Below, in pieces: positions 1 to 8,592 of a DNA stretch of 64,000 bases. Position 1 is the first letter of the stretch. Each line of letters begins with the position of its first letter. The position numbers and the translations under genes were made by a program. The DNA comes from Clostridia bacterium (GTDB taxonomy: Bacteria > Bacillota > Clostridia > Christensenellales > Aristaeellaceae), in the NCBI GenBank assembly GCA_900769075.1, contig CAAGFE010000111.1, positions 752 through 64,751 on the forward strand. The letters are read 5' to 3'. The notes under the pieces are model-generated. The model was not told where the DNA came from. It saw only the letters and a list, made by a program, of their open reading frames with translations, and did no database searches.

Positions 1-369
1 GCTCAGCCGGGTGATGCCGCCCCGGCGCATGGCCGTCAGCGTTTCGGTGCTGACCATGCCCGGATGCACCTTGAGGGTGATTTCCGCCCCCTCGGCAAAG
101 GGGAACCAGCCGCGCATGTCCCGCAGGAGCTCGCCCAGCTTCTCGTCGAAGAGATGGCCCGCGATGCCCCCGCCGATCCACACCGCCTGCACCTGGCAGT
201 CATCGAACTGGCGGGCGCTGGCCCGGACCTCCCGCGTCAGCGCATCGGCATAGCGATCCAGCAGCGCCAGATCCCCAATCACATCGCAGCCCTTGTCGCA
301 GTAGTCGCAGCGCTTGGGGCAGAAAGGAACGTTCAGGCTGATCAGCAAGGGCGTGAGCATAGCAGTCAT
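1..369 (-). CDS. Radical SAM protein of the HemN/HemW (oxygen-independent coproporphyrinogen oxidase-like) family, N-terminal part only; 3' end lies beyond the window edge
   Basis: Minus-strand translation from ATG at 369 reads MTAMLTPLLISLNVPFCPKRCDYCDKGCDV... with a CxxxCxxC radical-SAM cluster motif. GGAAGGA RBS at 370-376. No stop before position 1, which is why it is absent from the complete-ORF track. Confidence 0.6.
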   Translation of the reverse strand, partial: MTAMLTPLLISLNVPFCPKRCDYCDKGCDVIGDLALLDRYADALTREVRASARQFDDCQVQAVWIGGGIAGHLFDEKLGELLRDMRGWFPFAEGAEITLKVHPGMVSTETLTAMRRGGITRLS

Positions 370-385
370 CCTTCCGTGGAAAAGT

Positions 386-415
386 GCTCAGCGGTGCAGC
401 ACTGCCCCGCTGAGC
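386..415 (-). terminator. Putative hairpin terminator downstream of the flavoprotein gene (perfect 9-bp inverted repeat GCTCAGCGG/CCGCTGAGC)
   Basis: Perfect inverted repeat at 386-394 and 407-415, followed on the minus strand by ACTTTTCC. The U-tract is weak. Confidence 0.35.
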
Positions 416-428
416 TGGCGATGTTGAA

Positions 429-2510
429 TCAAACGGTGCCGTGGGCGCTGGTCGCGCTGTCACCGGTGGAAACGACGGGCGCTTCGGTCCCGATGTATTC
501 GCCGGTCAGGGCACCCAGAACGGTCGCCATGCCGATGGAGATGCCGTTCATCGGGCTGGTGTACTGGAGGGGGAAGCGGCCGCCGGAGGCATTGCCCACC
601 GCGAACAGGCCGGGGATGGGCTCGAAGTGCTGGTTGAGCACCGCGCCGTTGCCATCCACGAACAGGCCCGCCAGGGTGACCAGCACCAGGTTGGCGTTGC
701 GCTCGATCTTCTCGGCGTAGAAGGGGCCCTCGTTGATGCGAACCATCATATTTGCGCTCTTGGCATAATCGGGGTCCTTGCCGTTGGCGGCGTATTCATC
801 GTAGGTTCTGACGGACTGGACGAAGTTCTCCGCCGCTTCGCCCTCGTAGCCCAGGTAGGAGGCCAGGGTTTCCAGGTCATCCGCAGCGTAAACGCCCCGC
901 ACGCCGTCCGCACCGGCGGCATAGACCTGCGCCAGTTTGGTTTCGTAGTCCGCCATCTTCGCGTCGCTGATGTCCGCGGCGTTGAAGTGGCCCAGGGGCT
1001 GGTTCTGCGCGAACTCGCGCCAATGCCCGTTGTCCCACACCTGCACGATGTGGCTGCCGATGGGCTGACGGGCGCTCTGGCAGCCCGCCACGAAGGGAAC
1101 GCCAAAGGCCTCGTTGCAGAAGCGCTTGCCGTACTTGTTGATCCACAGTCCGCCCGCCGCGCCGAAGAAGCCCATCGGGAGCGCGGAGGTCGCGCCGCCC
1201 ATGGCTGCACGGGGGCCGATTTCCATCACGCCGCCGGCCCAGATGCCCATGCGGGTGCCATAGCCGTTGCGGCCCGCGCCGGTCAGCTTGGTGTAGGGAT
1301 TGCACTCCTGCACCTCGGTGCACAGGGCGCTGTACATCTCGCTGTTGGCAGAGAAGTCGCCGGTGGCCAGGACGGTGGCCTTGCGGCTCATGAAGCGGTA
1401 ATAGCGCCCGTCCTCCTCGCTCTTGCAGATCACGCCGCAGACGGTGTCGCCATCCTTGATGAGCACCTTGGCGGTCATCTGATAGAAGGCGCGGCTGGCG
1501 GGAGAGGCTTCAATGCCCTTCTCGATCTGTGCAACGCAGAACGCGCCGGAGGAGCCCATGTTGCCGCTGCCCAGGTTGGCCACCGCCGGATAGGTCCAGA
1601 AATGGCCCTTCTGATAATTGTACTTGTTGCTGGCCTGGTCGATGGTGCAGACGCTGGTGACCTGGGTGATGTCGTCGTAGACCTCCATCAGCCAGTCCAC
1701 GATTTCGCCGTTGCGCTGGGCGAACTTGCGGATCAGGTCGGGCTGCGCGCGGCCGGCGCACTGGAGCATGTAGCTGTCGATGAAGTCGGTGGGATCAAAG
1801 GTGCTCTTGGGCACGCCGAGCACCTTTTCCTGCCACTCGGAGTTGAAATGACCCAGCTGGCCGCCGTAGCTGTTGAAGGCGTCCTTGGCCTGGGAGTCGA
1901 TCACGATGCAGGTGTTGCCCTTCTCGCAGGCCATGCGGAAGCAGGGCGCACCGGAGTAGTTCGCGCCGATGACGATCACATCCGCGCTGTATTCGCCGGC
2001 GATGTCGCTCTCGGCGATCCTCGGGGGTTCGCCCACCCAGCTGCGGCGCATGCTGTAATACACCCTGTCGCCGTTGGCGTCCACCTGTTCCACAGGATCG
2101 GTGCTGGCGGCGGAGGCAGCCACATAGGGCACGCCCTTGGCCTGGGCGATACACCTGGCGGCGGCTTCCTTCACGCCGTCGGAGGTAATGGTCGCGCCGG
2201 TGACGGCATCCACGTCGGCGCTCTGGGCGTCGAACATGGCCTTGGTCAGCTTTTCGGCGGCAGGGCCGGCAATGGACTCGGTTTCGCCGGACACATCCAG
2301 CACGATGTTGGTGATGGAGGTCTCGTCGAAGGTCATGGTGACGGTCACATCACCGTTGCGGCCGGCGGCGGTGGCGGTGTAGGTGCCGGGGGTGTAGAGG
2401 GGCGCGCCCTCCGCCCTGGTCACCATCGCGGGAATCATGCTTGCGGCGACGGCGCCAACAGCGCCCTTGCCTGCAAACCGGAGGAAATCGCGGCGGGAAA
2501 TATTTGCCAT
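429..2510 (-). CDS. Tat-exported flavoprotein reductase: twin-arginine signal + FMN_bind domain (putative covalent-FMN threonine motif) + FAD-binding fumarate-reductase/urocanate-reductase-like domain (693 aa)
   Basis: N-terminus MANISRRDFLRFAGKGAVGAVAA is a Tat motif. DAVTGATITS matches the ApbE flavinylation-type FMN_bind motif. DVIVIGANYSGAP marks the dinucleotide fold. GGAAGGAG RBS upstream of ATG at 2510. The track ORF extends 5' to 2645 but lacks an RBS there. Confidence 0.75.
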   Translation of the reverse strand: MANISRRDFLRFAGKGAVGAVAASMIPAMVTRAEGAPLYTPGTYTATAAGRNGDVTVTMTFDETSITNIVLDVSGETESIAGPAAEKLTKAMFDAQSADVDAVTGATITSDGVKEAAARCIAQAKGVPYVAASAASTDPVEQVDANGDRVYYSMRRSWVGEPPRIAESDIAGEYSADVIVIGANYSGAPCFRMACEKGNTCIVIDSQAKDAFNSYGGQLGHFNSEWQEKVLGVPKSTFDPTDFIDSYMLQCAGRAQPDLIRKFAQRNGEIVDWLMEVYDDITQVTSVCTIDQASNKYNYQKGHFWTYPAVANLGSGNMGSSGAFCVAQIEKGIEASPASRAFYQMTAKVLIKDGDTVCGVICKSEEDGRYYRFMSRKATVLATGDFSANSEMYSALCTEVQECNPYTKLTGAGRNGYGTRMGIWAGGVMEIGPRAAMGGATSALPMGFFGAAGGLWINKYGKRFCNEAFGVPFVAGCQSARQPIGSHIVQVWDNGHWREFAQNQPLGHFNAADISDAKMADYETKLAQVYAAGADGVRGVYAADDLETLASYLGYEGEAAENFVQSVRTYDEYAANGKDPDYAKSANMMVRINEGPFYAEKIERNANLVLVTLAGLFVDGNGAVLNQHFEPIPGLFAVGNASGGRFPLQYTSPMNGISIGMATVLGALTGEYIGTEAPVVSTGDSATSAHGTV

Positions 2511-2720
2511 GCATGTACTCCTTCCGAAGCTTGCGCTTCTGTTGATTGCGCATATTTTAGCAAACTTCGGAGGAAATGGAAACGGGCCTTGACCAAGTGG
2601 GCGCAGAAGCGGACCAACTGGGCATTCCCGGGCGCGTCCGGGCAAGAAAGAGCGCGCCTCATGCCGCCGCGGCGCACAGGGAGAACCGTCCGTCTGCGCC
2701 TGCGCCGGGCAATCCGGTTT

Positions 2721-3425
2721 TCACGGGTCGGCCGCGGGGAACAGGCGGTACTGCGCCATGCTGGTGAAGGCGGCGTAGTGCAGGGCCCGCATGTCCAATC
2801 GCCATTCGCGGCGCTCCCTGCCGATGGACGCCAGCGCCGTCCGGAGCCGGTGGAGCATGTCCTGACTGTACTCGCCGGGCTTGTAGTAAGCCAGCGTCAC
2901 ATGGAGCGTCAGCGGATACCCCAGCGGGACAATCCGCTGAAACCGTTCATACATGCCCATCAGCGCGGCGCAGTCGGCCTCCGCGGAAGGCTCGAAGCCC
3001 ATGACAAGGCTCGTGCCGACCATGCTGAACAGGCTGCAGCTGCGGACGCCGATGGGAGATGGGCGTTCCGCGCAAGCCTGCCTGATTGCCGCCTGGGCCA
3101 GCGGCCGATTGTCGTTCGTCCCCTCGGGCATGGTTTCCGGCTGGCTCAGCAGATCATGGAGCGTGATATGGAAGGTGTCCGGGGCGATGCGTTCGGCCAG
3201 GCACTCGCCCCAGGCGTCATATAGCGCCGCCTGCACCCCCGCCAGCCAATCCACCATGTCCTGCGGGAGGGTAAAAATCACGGTGTCGCCGCAGAACGGG
3301 CGGAAGCTGCCGTCCGGGTTCACCTTCCTTGCCAGTCCGGCGCCGGTGCACAGCCGACCGTCCCGGGGCAGGCTGTCCCACATGAACGCCGTGCGCGCCC
3401 GATATGCCTGCAAGCTCTCCAGCAT
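2721..3425 (-). CDS. 2H phosphoesterase superfamily protein (LigT / 2'-5' RNA ligase-like), 234 aa
   Basis: Two H-x-T-x motifs, FHITLHDL and LHVTLAYY, at the spacing typical of 2H phosphoesterases. Lies 15 bp downstream of the GH28 gene on the same strand. Confidence 0.55.
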   Translation of the reverse strand: MLESLQAYRARTAFMWDSLPRDGRLCTGAGLARKVNPDGSFRPFCGDTVIFTLPQDMVDWLAGVQAALYDAWGECLAERIAPDTFHITLHDLLSQPETMPEGTNDNRPLAQAAIRQACAERPSPIGVRSCSLFSMVGTSLVMGFEPSAEADCAALMGMYERFQRIVPLGYPLTLHVTLAYYKPGEYSQDMLHRLRTALASIGRERREWRLDMRALHYAAFTSMAQYRLFPAADP

Positions 3426-3440
3426 CTGTCATTCATCCCT

Positions 3441-5006
3441 TCAGCGGACGTCCTCCAGCACCACCTCGGGCCGGGTGTTGCAGCTGCGCGGCGTGACGGA
3501 CAGCCCCTCCAGGGTCAGCCCGTCCACATGGCGGGCATAGACGCCGCAGGCCGGCACATCGCCATGGGCGTTGCTCTCCGGGTAATCAAAGAGCAGCTCG
3601 TCCACCTTTTCCGGCAGGAAGAGGACTTCCTCATTGTCCCGGTAGCGCATGGTCAGATCCCGCACGGTGATGTTTTCCAGGGCCCGGCGCACCGTGATTT
3701 CCCCCGCCAGGGCACTCTCGTAGCCGGTGATGATGCAGGGCAGCTCACAGTTCAGGGCCGTCACCCCGCTGATGGTCACCCGGCGGATCCGTCCGCCCCA
3801 GAAGCGGTCATTCACATCCTCGGTGTAGGGGCGCTGATAGCGGTTGCGGCGGTTGAGGGCGATGTAGATCGGGCAGAGCACCTGGTTCATGCGGATGTTG
3901 CGGACGGTCACGTCCTCCACCACGGTTCCGTCGCAGCTTTCCACGCTGATGCCGCTGACGCTGCCGGGGTAGATGTCCGGCAGGAGGAAATCGCAGTCCT
4001 CCACCAGCACATGGCGGATATCGCAGCCGGTTTCCGTGCCGATCTTGAAGGCGTTCATCACCGTCAGCACCGTGCAGCGGCGGATGGTGACGTCCTCCAT
4101 GGCCCGGTGGGTAAAGGCGGGATTTTTCAGCACGATGCCGTCATCCGCACAGCTGACGAAGCAGTGCTCCACCAGGGCGTGGCTGGTGGCGCTCAGGTCA
4201 ATGCCGTCCGCGTTGGCGACATGGCGGTTGTCGTTGATGACCACGTCCCGCAATGTCACCCGGTCGCAGCATTCCGTATGGAGCGTCCAGCTCATGGCGG
4301 CTTCCAGCACGATGTTCTCCATGCGCACATCCTGGCTCTCCCGCACCCACACCATCGCCGAGGGACGGCGCAGCCGGGGCTTTCCCTCGCCATACTTGTC
4401 CTCGCAGTAGCGGATGCGGTCCCGGTAGAAGGTTCGCACCGAGCCGGGCACGGTGTTGATCTGCGCCTTCTGATCCCGCCGGGGCAGCATGGTCACCGGG
4501 AAGGGCGCGAGGGCCGGCTTCCGGCGGGGCTCGTAGACATACCACTCGCCGCTGCCGCAGATTTTGCCGCCGCCGGTCACCGTCACGTCGGAGGCGTGGT
4601 CGATCAGCAGCAGCGCGCCCTGGCTGGATTCACCCTTGCGGTCATCGGGAGAAGCGCCGTCGTGAATCATCAGCTGCTCCACATCCCGGCTGGCCACCAG
4701 CGCGCTTCCCGGGGCGATAAACAGGGTCGTGTGGGCAGGCAGGCGCACCGTGCCGGTCACATAGCGTCCGCCGTCCACCAGAATCACGCCGCCGCCCTGT
4801 TCCGCACAGGCCCGGCAGCAGGCCGCGATGGCCTCCGTATTCAGCCGGTCCGGCTCAGCCTTCGCGCCCCAGTCACGAATGTCAAACACCGGCATCTCCG
4901 GCAGGGGCTGGTGAGGGTTGATGTACGCATCCCAGGGGATGTCGGGATAATAGTCGCCCGGATAGACGGCGCCGAATTGGGGATAGGTCGGTTTGTCAAG
5001 CATCAT
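3441..5006 (-). CDS. Glycoside hydrolase family 28-like right-handed beta-helix protein (polygalacturonase/rhamnogalacturonase-type), no signal peptide
   Basis: NADGIDL (NTD-type motif), CADDGIVLK (DD motif) and repeated beta-helix-like segments. AGGAG RBS about 11 nt before ATG at 5006. The track ORF start at 5153 is probably too long. Confidence 0.6.
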   Translation of the reverse strand: MMLDKPTYPQFGAVYPGDYYPDIPWDAYINPHQPLPEMPVFDIRDWGAKAEPDRLNTEAIAACCRACAEQGGGVILVDGGRYVTGTVRLPAHTTLFIAPGSALVASRDVEQLMIHDGASPDDRKGESSQGALLLIDHASDVTVTGGGKICGSGEWYVYEPRRKPALAPFPVTMLPRRDQKAQINTVPGSVRTFYRDRIRYCEDKYGEGKPRLRRPSAMVWVRESQDVRMENIVLEAAMSWTLHTECCDRVTLRDVVINDNRHVANADGIDLSATSHALVEHCFVSCADDGIVLKNPAFTHRAMEDVTIRRCTVLTVMNAFKIGTETGCDIRHVLVEDCDFLLPDIYPGSVSGISVESCDGTVVEDVTVRNIRMNQVLCPIYIALNRRNRYQRPYTEDVNDRFWGGRIRRVTISGVTALNCELPCIITGYESALAGEITVRRALENITVRDLTMRYRDNEEVLFLPEKVDELLFDYPESNAHGDVPACGVYARHVDGLTLEGLSVTPRSCNTRPEVVLEDVR

Positions 5007-5220
5007 GAACACGCCACTCCTTTTCGATTGTTTTCGCGGGTTCTGCGCATGGACAGTATAGCGCAAACCCTCGCGGTTTTCAACCGGAATCAGATGAAAA
5101 GGGCGCACCGGCTGCTGATGCACAGAAAAGCCGCCCATGCGAGCAGCTCGCACAGGCGGCCGGGTGCAGCCATGCAGAAAATGCCCGAATCGGCGGTAAA
5201 CCTCCGCCCTCGCGGAACGA

Positions 5221-5625
5221 TCAGTTCTGGGCTTCGAGTTTTTCCAGGTTGCGCAGCATCAGCTGGCAGTAGGAAAGCTGCATATCCTCCTCGCTCGGCG
5301 TGGTATACGCAGACAGCACCAGCAGATTCTCCCCTTCCCGGACATATTCCACGCCGTATTCACGGGCGAAATTGGCCATCGAGCCATCGTCGCAGGTAAT
5401 CCGGGGATGATTTGCCGTCGCTGCGATGAGGCGCAGATCCAGTTCGCCCATTTCAGCGATGTAGCGCATCAGCCTTTTGTATTGCGGCCTGTTGAAATCC
5501 TTGCCGGACTGCTTTTCCACAACGATGTTCTGGGCCTTGACACCATATTCGGTCATCGCAATCACTTGTCTGGTTTCATTCTGATCCTTTGTCGACACCC
5601 GAACATATCCGTATACCGTACTCAT
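5221..5625 (-). CDS. Serine recombinase (resolvase) catalytic-domain stub, 134 aa, lacking HTH DNA-binding domain; possibly degenerate
   Basis: N-terminus MSTVYGYVRVSTKDQNETRQ... has the GYxRVST..Q resolvase active-site signature and ..EKQSGKDFNRPQYKRLMRYI... After about 65 aa it diverges from canonical resolvases. Strong AGGAGG RBS. Confidence 0.5.
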   Translation of the reverse strand: MSTVYGYVRVSTKDQNETRQVIAMTEYGVKAQNIVVEKQSGKDFNRPQYKRLMRYIAEMGELDLRLIAATANHPRITCDDGSMANFAREYGVEYVREGENLLVLSAYTTPSEEDMQLSYCQLMLRNLEKLEAQN

Positions 5626-5814
5626 TGTTTCCTCCTATCACATTATGATGCCTCCGCAATTCTACCGGAATCCCACGGGGATGAGGTACGATTGGCCTTG
5701 CGATGATTGGAAAAACGTTGGACAAACAAACGGAAGAACGCAATCTCTGGGAAAAACCCGCCGAACAATCAAAAAAGGCTGACGGATCAGACGCCGCCAG
5801 CCGATGGTCATTCT

Positions 5815-6735
5815 TCAAAACAAATCCAGCATGTTATCCAGATAGATGGCTTCCCTGACCTGGAGCTGGTACTCCGGCTTGGTCATGTAATAGAGCAGAA
5901 ACTCCAGGATCAATGCGCTGCCCAGCCCGCGGCCTTCTATCTTGAAGTGGGAAAAGCCCATCGGCAGGTAGCGGTTCACAATGTCCGCCGGACCGATGAA
6001 GCCCGGATTCTGCATCGCCCTGGAGAAGCGATAGCCGCCGCTGGCGCCGGGCGCCGTGCAGATGTGCTCCGGGCCGGGTTCGCCCAGGCTCTTCCGGCTG
6101 ACCGCCTCATAGCAGGCTTTTCTGTCCCTGCAGCCAAACCAGCAGCATTCGTTGCACAGGAATTCCACCTTCGCCCTGAGGGGAAGCGCCAGCGTATCCA
6201 GCAGGTCAAAGGCTCGGTTCAGGCGGAAATCCGGCACGACATAGCGGAATTCCTCCCGTTCCGTCTCGCGCCGGAACTGCTCAAAATCGGTCAGCACCTT
6301 GGTGGTGGAGGACACCAGGTACATTTCCGGATACGTCCGCCGGAGGTAGTCCGTCAGCAGTTCCGAATGGACGATGACGCCATGCTGTGGCCCATCGCTC
6401 CGCGCGAACAGCCGGCAGAGCGCATTGCACCGGGGATCGCCCAGATGTTCCTCCCGCAGGAGGGAATTGCTGAACGTCAGCCGGGCAGAAATGCCGTATT
6501 CCCGCGTCAGCCGGAGCACCGACGCCGCGTCGTCCTCCCCGAAGCCCACCCGGCCGCCGCCCCAGAGGCAGTCCGCCGGCGCGCCGTAAATCGAGCCGAT
6601 GTCACACCAATCGTAGAAATACTCCCGGTGTTCCCGGAACAGCGGCAAAAACGCTGCGTACAGCGCGCCGAACTCAAACAGGCCGGGCAGGTGGTAATAT
6701 GCAACGCCCATCTGTTCCTGTTTCACCATGTTCAT
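5815..6735 (-). CDS. Hypothetical protein with Cys-rich motif (CNECCWFGCRDRKAC), 306 aa, unknown function
   Basis: Long ORF with high GC3 consistent with coding. Cys cluster EFLCNECCWFGCRDRKACY. No confident family match from the sequence alone. Confidence 0.45.
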   Translation of the reverse strand: MNMVKQEQMGVAYYHLPGLFEFGALYAAFLPLFREHREYFYDWCDIGSIYGAPADCLWGGGRVGFGEDDAASVLRLTREYGISARLTFSNSLLREEHLGDPRCNALCRLFARSDGPQHGVIVHSELLTDYLRRTYPEMYLVSSTTKVLTDFEQFRRETEREEFRYVVPDFRLNRAFDLLDTLALPLRAKVEFLCNECCWFGCRDRKACYEAVSRKSLGEPGPEHICTAPGASGGYRFSRAMQNPGFIGPADIVNRYLPMGFSHFKIEGRGLGSALILEFLLYYMTKPEYQLQVREAIYLDNMLDLF

Positions 6736-6746
6736 CACCCGTTTTG

Positions 6747-6775
6747 ATTATACATCATCCCCCGGCGGACGGCAA
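6747..6775 (-). promoter_or_regulatory. Putative sigma-70-type promoter (-35 TTGCCG, 17-nt spacer, -10 TATAAT) about 11 nt upstream of the 5815-6735 CDS start; near-leaderless
   Basis: Minus-strand sequence reads TTGCCGtccgccgggggatgatgTATAATcaaaacgggtgATG. Confidence 0.4.
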
Positions 6776-7311
6776 GCACCCGCTGTCCCCAAGCGGCGCG
6801 GCCCGCTGACAATCCCGTGCCGGATTGTGTAGGTATGTCAAACAATTTGGACAGAGAAGGAAGAGAGCCGCTGCCCGGGAGACAGGCAGGCAAGAGGACG
6901 CATGGGGCGGGAGCTGCTTCGATCTTCACGCCTTTGCGGGAGAATGAAGCGACCACTTTGCGAAGAAAATCGGCAGATGAATAGGTGCTCTGTTCCGGAT
7001 AGACTCCCCGGATTCGACAGCGCGAGTATTCGTTCATGGCGGTGTACTGGTACGGCTTCGCAGCCTTGCCAGAGCTCCACGATGCCCAGGTGAGGGGGCC
7101 TTCGGTGCATGTTCCGGATGAGCGTCAGTTCCTCCTCCGTGTGCTGGTTGGGATGGCTGTGCGGCTTACGCGACTGACAGGCCAGCTCCGTTTTGTTGTT
7201 TGTGCAACTCAACGAGAACAGAGTGGCTCTCAAGTCTCACTTCTTTTTGGGCTGTGTCCAACATGTATTGTTGCTCTACAGGGAAAAAACAGTTTCCAGC
7301 GGGGAAACGGC

Positions 7312-7342
7312 TTTACAAGGTCAATAGAAATATGATACAATG
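7312..7342 (+). promoter_or_regulatory. Possible promoter for the coiled-coil gene pair (-35 TTTACA, extended -10 TGaTACAAT)
   Basis: TTTACA at 7312-7317 and TGaTACAAT at 7333-7342. The spacer is 19 nt, which is long. Confidence 0.3.
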
Positions 7343-7382
7343 AATCAAATAATTGCCCTGTGCAAAAGGAGGTTGTACGGTC

Positions 7383-7826
7383 ATGAATCAGCCGCTGTCC
7401 CGAGGGTTTACCGCGATCATCGTGGCGGTGCTGCTCCTTTGCAGCGTTGTGGTGGCAGGATCCTTGTGCTATCAGGTGTCGGTGACGGAGCAGATTGGCG
7501 AGGCGGAGGTCAAGCTGGAGGCTGTGCAGGGCCGCCTGCGCAAGCAGGAAGCGGAATTTGCCCAGTACCGGACGGAGCTTCCCCTGGTGGAGGCCCAGCT
7601 GGCGGAGCTTCAGCCCGTGGCCGATGCGGCGTATGAGCAGGAGCAGGCCCTGCGCCAGCAGCGCAAGGAGCTGCGCGCGGAGAAATCTGCCCTGGAAGAG
7701 CAGCTTGCCGCCCTGCAGGCCCAGGCGTCCGAGGCCGGCGAGGAAGCCCTTCAGCTGAGCGCCGCCATCGAGCGGCTCCAGGAAGCCCTGGTCGCCCTTG
7801 GCGAAATTGGCGGACTGCTGAAGTAA
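7383..7826 (+). CDS. Membrane-anchored coiled-coil protein (N-terminal TM helix + heptad-rich region), 147 aa
   Basis: MNQPLSRGFTAIIVAVLLLCSVVVAGS (TM helix) followed by an E/Q/A/L/R-rich coiled-coil region. AAAGGAGG RBS 7367-7374. Confidence 0.5.
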   Translation: MNQPLSRGFTAIIVAVLLLCSVVVAGSLCYQVSVTEQIGEAEVKLEAVQGRLRKQEAEFAQYRTELPLVEAQLAELQPVADAAYEQEQALRQQRKELRAEKSALEEQLAALQAQASEAGEEALQLSAAIERLQEALVALGEIGGLLK

Positions 7827-7889
7827 GCCGCCGCTGTATCCCGCATCCCATGGTATGTGATTCCATCTGAAATGAAGGAGGTTATCCCC

Positions 7890-8585
7890 ATGTCCGAAAA
7901 GGAAACGAAGCCCCAGGCTGCACCGAAGAAGAAAAATTCATCCGCCATAGCGCTGATTGTGGTGCTGGTGGTCGCCATTGCGCTGATTGCCGTGCTCTGC
8001 GCCCGTTCCAACAGCCTGAACAGCCAGCTGGACAGCCTGAACACCGAGCTGGCGGAAACCGACGCGACCCTGCAGCAGACCATCGCCGACAAGGAGACGG
8101 TCGAGAAGCAGCTGAAGGCCGCGGAGGAAAGCCTGCGCGAAGCCCAGCTGGTGGTGGAGGAATCCACCAATAAGGTGGCGGAGCTGGAGGCCCAGCTGAC
8201 CGCCCTGAACGAGGAAAACAACGCCAACAGGGCCCAGATTGCCGTGCTGAGCGCGGATCTGGAAACCGCCCGCGCCAACAAGGAAGCGGCCGAAGTGTAT
8301 CTGGCGAACGTGGAGTTCAGCATTCAGATGGCGCTCAATGCCCTCAACGGCATCACCCCCGCGCCCACTGCCGAGCCCACCCCCGCGCCGACCGCTGAGC
8401 CCACCCCCGCGCCGACCGCCGAGCCTGCTCCCGAGGAGGCTGAGGAGGAAGCCGCGGCGCTGACCGAGGACGAACCCGCTGCGGAAGCAACCGAAGCGCC
8501 CGTCGCGGAAGCCGAAGCAACCCCCGCCCCCGAAGCAACCGTGGAACCCGACGCCGAAGCGACCGAGGAAGTCCCTGCGGCATAA
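7890..8585 (+). CDS. Membrane-anchored coiled-coil protein with C-terminal Pro/Thr/Ala/Glu-rich repeat tail, 231 aa; paralog-like of 7383-7826
   Basis: MSEKETKPQAAPKKKNSSAIALIVVLVVAIALIAVL (TM helix), coiled-coil region, then APTAEPTP repeated three times. GAAGGAGG RBS. Confidence 0.5.
   Translation: MSEKETKPQAAPKKKNSSAIALIVVLVVAIALIAVLCARSNSLNSQLDSLNTELAETDATLQQTIADKETVEKQLKAAEESLREAQLVVEESTNKVAELEAQLTALNEENNANRAQIAVLSADLETARANKEAAEVYLANVEFSIQMALNALNGITPAPTAEPTPAPTAEPTPAPTAEPAPEEAEEEAAALTEDEPAAEATEAPVAEAEATPAPEATVEPDAEATEEVPAA
8357..8428 (+). repeat. Three tandem copies of a 24-bp in-frame repeat (cccgcgccSacYgcYgagcccacc) encoding APTAEPTP
   Basis: Direct reading of 8357-8380, 8381-8404 and 8405-8428. 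Confidence 0.7.
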
Positions 8586-8592
8586 TGGTCTG

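Noticed and set aside
441-3224. 927-aa plus-strand ORF antisense to the flavoprotein and 2H-phosphoesterase genes. Similar long antisense ORFs occur at 13392-15629(-), 15361-16845(-), 19505-21934(-), 22429-26508(-), 26501-29431(-), 29365-31674(-), 39621-42548(-), 43326-45686(-), 46351-49014(-), 48887-50926(-), 50871-52418(-) and 52569-54287(-).
   Set aside because: Translations are low-complexity Gly/Ala/Arg/His-rich with no recognisable motifs. The opposite strand carries clear homologs (GH43, SBP, permeases, NHL, flavoprotein). Stop-free antisense frames are expected at this GC content.
5815-6735. Possible peptidase U32 (collagenase-like) assignment for the Cys-rich hypothetical protein
   Set aside because: The Cys cluster EFLCNECCWFGC only loosely resembles the U32 E-x-F-x-x-G-A-x-C...G-x-C signature. 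There is no supporting N-terminal similarity. Left as hypothetical.
7009-7020. 12-nt match CGGATTCGACAG to the 5' region of Bacillus-type tmRNA (ssrA)
   Set aside because: No GGGG 5' end within the expected distance. No tRNA-like T-arm/CCA 3' end within 300-400 nt downstream. No tag-peptide reading frame ending in ALAA-like residues. Judged to be a chance match.
6735-7037. 100-aa minus-strand ORF ending in a TGATG overlap with the start of the Cys-rich gene
   Set aside because: Third codon positions are AT-rich, unlike genuine genes here. It overlaps the predicted TATAAT promoter. Translation is low-complexity.
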